This document shows positions 57,239 to 64,000 of a stretch of DNA of 64,000 bases, piece after piece (positions within the stretch are counted from its first letter, which is position 1; each line of letters opens with the position of its first letter). A model generated the notes under the pieces. That model ran no database searches. It worked only from the letters and a program-made list of their open reading frames with translations, and had not been told where the DNA came from. The translations under genes and the position numbers were made by a program. Source of the DNA: an uncultured Chloroflexia bacterium (GTDB taxonomy: Bacteria; Chloroflexota; Anaerolineae; Anaerolineales; UBA4823); the NCBI GenBank assembly GCA_963822175.1, contig CAWGGJ010000004.1:107349-171348 (forward strand). Reading direction: 5' to 3'.

Positions 57239-58100
57239 TTGGTTATTACTTCCCTGGCATTATCCATTTATGGTTCGTGCACTGGTTGGTTCGATATTGG
57301 TGGGATCGCTCTGTGCTGTGGTTGGCACCTATGTAGTCCTGCGTGGAATGGCGTTTTTTGGTGACGCCCTGGCTCATGCGATCCTGCCTGGGGTAGCCAT
57401 TGGATATCTTGTTGGCGATGGAGCGCGACAACCATTGTTTTGGTGGGCAATGATTGCTGCCATTATAAGTGCCCTTGGAATCGGTGCCATCGGTAAAAGT
57501 ATAAAATTACGTGAGGATACTGCAATCGGGATAATTTTCGCGGGGATGTTCGCTTTAGGGATCGCGTTAATTTCTAGTGTGCAGAACTATACCATCGATC
57601 TTTCGCATTTTCTCTTTGGTGATGTGTTGGGAATCAATCCTTCTGATCTGGGAAGAATAAGCATATTTGGTGGACTGATCATTTTGGTCATATTCATCTT
57701 TTATAAGGAATTCATGGTGATTTCTTTTGACCCAATCCTGGCGATGACACTACGATTACCTGTCAAGGGATTGGATTATCTCCTTATGATCTTAATCGCC
57801 ATCACCATTGTCGTCTCGCTACAAACGGTTGGGATTGCATTGATGGTTGCAATGCTGATCACACCAGCAGCTACTGCATATCTCCTGACTCGCCGATTGC
57901 CTACCATGATGATCGTGGCGAGTGTTATTGCTTCAATTTCCGGTCTGATCGGATTATACTTTTCGTATTATGCAAATATCGCTTCTGGGGCTGCCATCGT
58001 GCTCTCCGCAACAATGATTTTTCTTATCGTTTGGGGGTTAAAAACTGTAAACAAATCCATCCATCAACACAAACAATTGCCAGCAGAGGATCAGGTTTAA
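57231..58100 (+). CDS. ABC-3 family metal (Zn/Mn) importer permease
   Basis: Starts MLDWLLLPWHYPFMVRAL... The ATG at 57231 overlaps the ATPase stop (ATGCTTGA). About 8-9 TM. Confidence 0.85.
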   Translation: MLDWLLLPWHYPFMVRALVGSILVGSLCAVVGTYVVLRGMAFFGDALAHAILPGVAIGYLVGDGARQPLFWWAMIAAIISALGIGAIGKSIKLREDTAIGIIFAGMFALGIALISSVQNYTIDLSHFLFGDVLGINPSDLGRISIFGGLIILVIFIFYKEFMVISFDPILAMTLRLPVKGLDYLLMILIAITIVVSLQTVGIALMVAMLITPAATAYLLTRRLPTMMIVASVIASISGLIGLYFSYYANIASGAAIVLSATMIFLIVWGLKTVNKSIHQHKQLPAEDQV

Positions 58101-58117
58101 AAATATAATTCGACTAT

Positions 58118-59094
58118 CTATGGATTTATGGTAATTGATTCTAATAATCTTCGATAGAATACATAATTATCATAAGTTACATCCTCACGCACTCTTCCAT
58201 CTGCCAGGGGGATATAACCGCCATCACTTATTAATGAAGGAACCATCTTCATCACAGCCAGGTAGATTTCCTGTTGGTTTTGCCGTAGACTATCCGAGTC
58301 AATTCCACCAATAAGTCGTAGGTCCTTACCATATTCCCGTCTGATATCTAAATAATCCATCGCTACAGGATCACTCTCACAAGCCCATAGGCAGTTAAAA
58401 CCTGCTTTTACAACAGATGGTAATAATGCCCGGGTATTGGCATAGGTACGGTAAATTATCGTTTTTACGCCATAGCGGCGTAGAACCTCCAGGATTGGTT
58501 GATAGCTATTCAAGATGATCGATGAATACATTTTAGGTGAGATAAGTGGACCATGGTTTCCTCCAATTGGTTCGCTAAATATCACTGCGTCCACATCAAC
58601 ATCACTTAGAATCCTTTCAGCAATACAGATCGAGAATTCTGAATAAATATTCATCCATGTTTCAACCAGGACAGGATCATCCATCAGTAATTGAATGGCT
58701 TCTGAAAACCGACGCCACCCATGCACACCTAAGGTTAAAAAAATCCCCGGTGAATGCGTAAGATCAGTGGGCAGTCACACGTTTTCCATTCTTCTAATTT
58801 CTCAGACCACCCATCAGGAAGCCGTCTGGAGTTGGTGGGGTCCAGCCTATCCGCCAATTTCCTTAATCCTGCAATGGTTGTTGGCCATCGTGTTGGAGCT
58901 GGGATGGGTTCAAGATTCGGTTCAATTTCAATTCGCTGGTCGAATATGAATTTTGAATCAAGGTTATCTGTTTTCCCCAGACCTTCAGCATGCCATTTTC
59001 GAATTACCTCCTTGCGTATGCCATCGTCAAAAAGGGGAGGACGATCTACTGCTTCGAGATTTATCACATTAATGAACCGAGTTTTACCATTCAT
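58118..59094 (-). pseudogene. Uroporphyrinogen-decarboxylase (URO-D/MtaA-like) family protein, split by a 1-nt frameshift in a homopolymer
   Basis: ORF 58735..59094 ends ..LILRIHRGFF*. The other frame continues ..LTLGVHGWRRFSEAIQ.. into ORF 58118..58726. The junction lies in the A7 run at 58737-58743 (T7 on the coding strand). One extra T would restore GFFLTLGVHGW. Confidence 0.7.
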
Positions 59095-59219
59095 CGATCT
59101 TTCCTATATATCGTTATATGATAAGTATACAATGGATTAAATTGACATACGAGATAGGGCGGTATAGAATTATGAAGGCAATCATCTGTCCTTCAATATA
59201 ATTTTATAAAAACAATACT

Positions 59220-59678
59220 ATGCTGGATGCATTAGCTAAAAAGCTGCGAGGTAAAAGAACAGTTATCCTTGGTGTAGGGAATTTGCTCCAGGGTGATGAT
59301 GCTGTTGGTCCGATACTAGTCGACCTTCTCCATGGCAGAGTTGATGCGACATTAATCAATGCAGGTGAGGTCCCAGAAAACTACCTGAGCTCAATTAGGG
59401 CGGTGCAACCTGAGGTCGTTTTGATCATCGTAGCGATTGAATTGGGAGCTGAACCAGGTTGTATGGCAGTATTGGACGCTGATCGGTTAAGGGCAATCGG
59501 TAATTTTACGCGTAATCCTGGGTTATCATTTTTAGCGGTCATGATTTAAGATGGAACTGGAGCGGAAGTATTAATGGTGGGTGTTCAGCCAGAGTCGACA
59601 ACATTTGCTTCTGAATTGTCAATCCCGGTACACAAAACGATGCAGACACTTGAAGAATTATTAGTCAATGCTTTATAA
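59220..59678 (+). pseudogene. Hydrogenase maturation endopeptidase (HycI/HybD-like) remnant with an in-frame TAA at 59547-59549
   Basis: The N-terminal motif is intact (VILGVGNLLQGDDAVGP). The expected D of the (I/V)DA motif reads IIVAIELG, and the expected His reads FTRNPGLSF. The same frame continues after the TAA as DGTGAEVLMVGVQPES..., ending at 59678. No hydrogenase genes lie nearby. Confidence 0.55.
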
Positions 59679-59934
59679 AAAGGTTTGGCACTCAGTCAAT
59701 TGTCAGATTCACAAACATCTACCTGAAGAAATAAATCCAGTTCCTAATCTCATTCTTGTAATGATCTATATCTCGTAAAATCGATAAAAAAGCCCAGAGA
59801 TTAGAATAAATCAAGAACCTGATGCAACAATTGCCTGGCTCGAAATCATGTTACGCACGATTAGTAAATGAGATCGTTTATATATTTTCCCATTCATCGC
59901 GCATCTTTTCCACACTATCAAGTGTGTCTTAGCT

Positions 59935-60497
59935 TTATCTCAGATCAGGGCTGTCTAGGGAAGAAGAGGCTGCAAGCAAATCCTGATGGGATAGCCCAGC
60001 TGACGCCAGGAAGTCGTCACCCAGCGCGAGCATGCGATCGAGATAATCCAGCAAAGCCAGGCGGGTTTCGTAAGGCAGTGTAGCCGCGTCGAGTTTACTA
60101 CGCAAGCCCTCAACCTTCTGGATAAGCTCGAGGGTGGGGTTGACCTCGCTTACCAGGGCTGCCTCCAGGTAGAGGCGTAAGCTGCGCTGGGCAGCGAAAT
60201 GGCTGTTTTCAGGCTGTCCTTGCAAGCTATACACCTCAGATTCCTCACGGTAAATATCTGCCACCACCAGTAATCGATCCATATCAACGTTTTCCTTGGA
60301 AAGTAGAGCATTTCGAGTAGTAGGCTGTCGTCAAGCTGTTTGGCCAGGTGTGCGTCCAGTCCGAGGAGGCTTCCCAACGCCTGGTCATAAGTTTGGAGCG
60401 CTTCATTGTATTGGCCGGATTTCTTCAGCCCCAAGGCGATCAATAAAACCGCCAATGCCTGGTTGATCAACCGCATGATGTAATCTTCAGTCAGCAT
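59935..60497 (-). pseudogene. Conserved hypothetical (DUF6483-like, from memory) split by a frameshift at about 60285-60331
   Basis: ORF 60150..60497 (MLTEDYIMRLINQALAVLL...DDSLLLEML) and ORF 59935..60282 (..DRLLVVADIYREESE...) overlap in different frames. The second frame reads ..LLSKENVDMDRLLVV immediately after a TGA at 60331-60333. Local GC looks higher than in the flanks. Confidence 0.5.
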
Positions 60498-60991
60498 ATA
60501 TCTCCAAAAACATGGCTTACCTTACGCCAACTTAGTTTGATCCTGTAAATCTGTGATTTACTCAGGCAGATTTTGGATCGCTTGGCTGGTACACGTGTAG
60601 TTTCCATTTTTCATCCGATTTTGGATTAATCCAAGAGCGTAATTTCAGATTGCAAGTTTATCACGCTCATGGTTGTTTGATAACAGCTTAGTCGACTGAG
60701 AATATCCTGTATGGTCTTCCATCTTCTGGATACATTCGTGAAGATTGGGATATTTTTGACCAACTCCTGTTGGTTGATAGTACGGCTTGTTTGATTGTTC
60801 GAGCTGGTCAGGACTGACCAGCATTTGTTACACGATCTCATCGATTTCCACATGAATGCAATTATCCCTAATAGTTGAGGTGGTACTGCTTTGATTTCAT
60901 CCTCGTTATTATTAGCGTGAATGGTAATCCTCAAGTTTACTAATAAAGTAAATATTCAGGTCGCCTGGAAGCTAGCATTAGCATCACTATT

Positions 60992-61504
60992 TTAATTTTT
61001 GGCTATAAAGCTCTCGATATCCATGATAAATTTCAAGGTTGCCTTCTCTATTTGTTTTGTTAATGCATTTAGATCACTAAAGTCAATATTGTCAGTGATA
61101 ACGTTTTCAACGATAGAATCAACGCCTTTCGTCGTCGAAGCGACATGGTATTTATTCCAATCACTTTCTTTGAACAATTGCCAATATTTTTGTTGAACCT
61201 GTTTGTTAGATCCTGCTAACCAAACCTCAAATCTACATGATTCATGGATAAACACAATAGCAATTTTCAAATCTCGATCTTTTATCGATTTTGGATAAAA
61301 GGAAAAATATGTCATATCCATATATCCATAATAAATACCCGATACGAAATAATCTGGATATTGGTTTTTAAGGTATGTCCGCAAATTCATGAGATAGTCC
61401 ATCAATCCTCTGTATGCCTTTGTAATTTCTCCCTTAGCAATTTGCTTTTTATATTCAACCATATAGCTTTGAAATGATTTCATAATATTTTCCTTCATTT
61501 CCAA
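60992..61504 (-). CDS. Hypothetical protein (resembles the DUF7000 family as I remember it), AT-rich
   Basis: 170 aa with a coherent globular-looking sequence (KAYRGLMDYLMNLRTYLKNQYPDYFVSGIYYGYMDMTYFSFYP...FEVWLAG). Flanked by long noncoding DNA on both sides. Confidence 0.5.
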   Translation of the reverse strand: MEMKENIMKSFQSYMVEYKKQIAKGEITKAYRGLMDYLMNLRTYLKNQYPDYFVSGIYYGYMDMTYFSFYPKSIKDRDLKIAIVFIHESCRFEVWLAGSNKQVQQKYWQLFKESDWNKYHVASTTKGVDSIVENVITDNIDFSDLNALTKQIEKATLKFIMDIESFIAKN

Positions 61505-61757
61505 ATCCTAATTCTAATTAATGTAACCGTTAGTATGCCTCATCTGGTAAGGGACTGGGTGATGCACTCTCTGTACCAAGTGTAACCCAGGTTGCATAAA
61601 AAATGCATATTCGGCTGGCCTTTTCTTCTATTTTCATTAGGCCGGTCATAATTTTTGACCGGTGATGAAACCTGATCCAAATAAAGAGCACACTGCTTGT
61701 ATACGTAACCGGCCTCCAGAGTGATTTGGAGGTCGGTCTAATTTTTAGTCGATAAAT

Positions 61758-61850
61758 TGGCGCCCCCGGCGGGGCTACCTGTCGTGTTCTTCGACGGATT
61801 CGAACCGACAACCGTCTTATCCGAAGTCTTAGGACTGGCGTTCTACACCT
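61758..61850 (-). other. tRNA-like remnant (degenerate; not a functional tRNA as far as I can fold it)
   Basis: The minus strand reads ..GGTGTAGAACGCC.. (D-arm-like) ..GACGGTT GTCGG TTCGAAT CCGTC GAAGAAC A.. This is a consensus T-loop GGTTCGAATCC with an apparent 7-nt tandem duplication (GACGGTT/GTCGGTT). No 5' acceptor strand or proper anticodon stem is present. Confidence 0.25.
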
Positions 61851-62392
61851 TATATATTGTGTTTTATTGTCCATAGAATACAATATTATGGCGCTAAATT
61901 TCTCCATCATGTCTTCTGAATCCACTGCTTAACAGCCCATCTGCATCACATCTGCATCATTTTGAGATGAGTGATTAGAACCGTTATTACTAATTATCAA
62001 CGAGGGAAGGCAGCTTGCAGACCTGTCCAAAGGGGGAAAAAACACTTGATCCGCAGTAAATAAAACAAGGATTAAATAGTTATCCATTAATTACAGCACC
62101 TATGTTTAGTCGTATTATGAACAAAAATGCGATTAAATAGGGAATGGTAATTACCATTACATCCATGATTTCCATACTGTTGCAGGATATCTGCACCACA
62201 GCATGATGCAACGATAGGCGATCCCATCGGTAGAGATTCTGGTAAGCCCATGCTCCTTACTGGCTGGGTGATGGAGAACAGCATTCTCCATCTATCGTTG
62301 TATACCCTAGACTTCACCTAATCCCAATTCAGAGTCCTCTGTATTGAAATCGTAGCGACCAATTAGAACCATTTCTGGTAACAATAAATCGC

Positions 62393-64000
62393 CTATGGAG
62401 TTAGTTTCCGCCTTATCCACTTCTCGATCTCAATAACCACAAATGCCACCAGACTCACCCCTAAAACATCTAACCATAGCCACCAGGGGATGCTGGCACT
62501 GCCAAACAAGGTGTTCATAAACGGTGCGTAGGTGAAAAGCATCTGCAACAGAACCATCAGGATAGCTCCGCCAATTGCCCATGGATTCGAGAAGAAACCC
62601 AATTGAAATGGGGAACGTGTTAGCGAACGGGCATTGAATAAATATAGAATTTCGACAAATACAACAACATTCACGGCTACTGTGCGGGCTTGTTCAATCG
62701 ACGCTCCACGCATTAGCTCATACTCAAACAGGCCAAACGCGCCCGCCAGAATGATCAGGCTGACCATCACGATACGCCAGATAATCGTGGGTGTGAGTAT
62801 GGGTGCTCCTGGATCACGCGGTTTCCGTAGCATAATATCCGGCTCTTTCGGCTCCACCGCCAGTGTTGTACCCAAAAGTGCTGCGGTGACCATGTTGATC
62901 CACAAAATCTGGATCGGCAGGATGGGTAGGATTGCACCGGTAACAATTGCGGCCAACAACACCAATCCTTCTCCAAGGTTGGTGGGCAATGTCCAGGAAA
63001 TGAACTTGGTCAGGTTGTCGAAAACGCTCCGCCCTTCCTCAACAGCCACCTCGATGGTGGCAAAATTGTCATCTGTCAAAACCATGTCGGCAGCTTCTTT
63101 TGCGACATCGGTACCAGTGATGCCCATGGCTATACCAATATTTGCTTGTTTAAGCGCTGGCGCATCGTTGACACCATCGCCTGTCATGGCGACTATATCT
63201 CCATGAGCTTGCAGAGCTTCCACCAGTCTAAGCTTTTGTTCCGGTGCAACGCGGGCAAAGACATTGATCTGTTGAACCTTCTGGACCAGATCTAAATCTG
63301 ATAGTTCAACCAGCTCTGCCCCCGTAAGCACCGAGTCACAATCCGATGAGCATAAACCGATCTGATTTCCTATTGCTGCAGCGGTCAATGCATGATCGCC
63401 AGTGATCATCTTCACCTGGATCCCTGCTTGTTGGCAGGCGTAAACTGCGGTAACGGCTTCAGGTCGTGGAGGGTCGATCATTCCCTGAAGACCAAGCATT
63501 GTGAGCTGGGTGATATCAGCATGGCTAATTCTTTGTCTGTCTGGCAGTTCCAGGCGGGCAAAGGCCAGTATGCGCATGCCACGGGCTGCCATTTCCTCCA
63601 TCATCACTCGAAATTCAGAGCTTGCGCAATTGGTGGTTTCTCCTAATGGTGCCAGGGTTTGAGAGCATCTTTCTAAAAGAATTTCGGCTGCGCCTTTGAT
63701 GTACACCACGCCATCTGCGTGTAGGGTAGCCATATATTGGTGCTGAGAATCAAAAGGAATTGCATCCAACCTAGCAGGATAGGCTGATAAATCAGGAGGA
63801 AGCCCTCCCTTTCGGGCTGCAGCAATCAAAGCGCCTTCGGTCGGATCCCCCTGTACCACCCATCGGCCATCCACTTCCACCAGCTGACTGTCATTACACA
63901 ATAAGCCTGCCTTAAGGGTTTCACGTACAGCAGCATCGTTCTGCCAATCGCCGGAAATTTCACCTGTTGGAACGTATCCAGTGCCATTCAGGGCATAATC
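62393..64000 (-). CDS. Cation-transporting P-type ATPase (type II, Ca2+/Mg2+-like), C-terminal part; the 5' end lies beyond the window
   Basis: MITGDHALTA, VFARVAPEQK, AMTGDGVNDAPALKQANIGIAMG. The frame stays open upstream of the first Met to nt 64000 (..GYVPTGEISGDW..). Confidence 0.88.
   Translation of the reverse strand, partial: DYALNGTGYVPTGEISGDWQNDAAVRETLKAGLLCNDSQLVEVDGRWVVQGDPTEGALIAAARKGGLPPDLSAYPARLDAIPFDSQHQYMATLHADGVVYIKGAAEILLERCSQTLAPLGETTNCASSEFRVMMEEMAARGMRILAFARLELPDRQRISHADITQLTMLGLQGMIDPPRPEAVTAVYACQQAGIQVKMITGDHALTAAAIGNQIGLCSSDCDSVLTGAELVELSDLDLVQKVQQINVFARVAPEQKLRLVEALQAHGDIVAMTGDGVNDAPALKQANIGIAMGITGTDVAKEAADMVLTDDNFATIEVAVEEGRSVFDNLTKFISWTLPTNLGEGLVLLAAIVTGAILPILPIQILWINMVTAALLGTTLAVEPKEPDIMLRKPRDPGAPILTPTIIWRIVMVSLIILAGAFGLFEYELMRGASIEQARTVAVNVVVFVEILYLFNARSLTRSPFQLGFFSNPWAIGGAILMVLLQMLFTYAPFMNTLFGSASIPWWLWLDVLGVSLVAFVVIEIEKWIRRKLTP

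Noticed and set aside
60626-60934. 102-aa ORF on the minus strand in the AT-rich gap
   Set aside because: The composition is not protein-like (Asn/Ser/Ile-rich with scattered Cys/Trp). There is no SD and no family resemblance. Another frame gives an equally unconvincing 59-aa peptide. Treated as noncoding pending a search.
61758-61850. selC (tRNA-Sec), expected somewhere in the genome because FdhA uses Sec
   Set aside because: There is no UCA anticodon loop, no 8-bp acceptor stem and no long variable arm of the selC type.
61530-61925. 131-aa ORF (RIRRLSVRIRRRTRQ...)
   Set aside because: Arg-rich nonsense translation across the tRNA-like remnant and hairpin-rich noncoding DNA. There is no SD and no family resemblance.
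61767-62200. tmRNA (ssrA) on the + strand, suggested by GGGGCUACC...UUCGACGGAUUCGAACCG resembling the tmRNA 5' end
   Set aside because: Within 450 nt downstream I found no matching 3' tRNA-like domain (T-arm plus UAGCCCC-ACCA). I also found no convincing tag ORF ending in ..AA-stop and no pseudoknot-like GC-rich segments. The canonical T-loop orientation is on the opposite strand.
62087-62317. 76-aa Cys-rich ORF downstream of the P-type ATPase
   Set aside because: No start context or homology is recognisable, and it lies in AT-rich noncoding DNA. A bacteriocin-like peptide cannot be excluded, but no processing or export genes are nearby.
1-64000. Mobile elements, prophage, toxin-antitoxin modules and dedicated anti-phage defence genes
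   Set aside because: I looked for integrase, transposase, recombinase, terminase, nuclease-helicase or reverse-transcriptase-like translations in all listed ORFs and found none.

Overview
64 kb chromosomal window, probably from a monoderm Chloroflexota (Anaerolineae-like) bacterium. That placement is an inference from gene content and protein style and was not searched. There are no rRNA genes, CRISPR arrays, transposases or integrases.

Gene order:
- 1-5.6 kb: selenocysteine formate dehydrogenase (5' truncated by the window edge), a ferritin-like protein and two MFS transporters.
- 5.6-15.7 kb: tRNA-Arg(CCG), a split PrsW protease, a TIGR03960/TIGR03936-type radical SAM pair, ndk, a 993-aa TPR protein carrying a 'PDWL' motif array, and a membrane H+-pyrophosphatase.
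- 15.9-23.2 kb: a GldA/F/G-like ABC-2 cluster plus DUF4340, rpoD, a prenyltransferase-repeat protein and a DUF362 protein.
- 23.2-41.1 kb: an envelope glycosylation island. It holds a 1279-aa secreted tandem-repeat protein, ten polytopic GT-C-like membrane glycosyltransferase genes in four families (two of them disrupted, one with a likely 3'-end frameshift) and a single soluble GT2 polyprenyl-phosphate-sugar synthase.
- 41.2-49.7 kb: a cytoplasmic DegS-like histidine kinase, then a Tad/Flp pilus locus. The locus has three near-identical flp pilin cassettes (each with its own promoter, upstream box and terminator), cpaB, a REC-fused TadZ/CpaE, cpaF, tadB and tadC.
- 49.7-58.1 kb: comF, hpf, folE/folB, a parvulin PPIase, rpsF-ssb-rpsR, a Fur-family regulator and a Zn/Mn ABC importer whose binding protein and ATPase share one ORF.
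- 58.1-64 kb: a decayed AT-rich stretch with three disrupted genes, a tRNA-like remnant and about 1.6 kb of noncoding DNA, then the 3' part of a P-type ATPase.

Main hunt results: the GT-C-rich island with its candidate giant substrate, the triplicated pilin cassettes with a conserved operator-like box, the canonical receiver domain on TadZ next to an orphan kinase, the Sec/SECIS recoding site, and an unusually high density of frameshifted or nonsense-interrupted ORFs. All family names come from motif recognition by eye. No database search was run.
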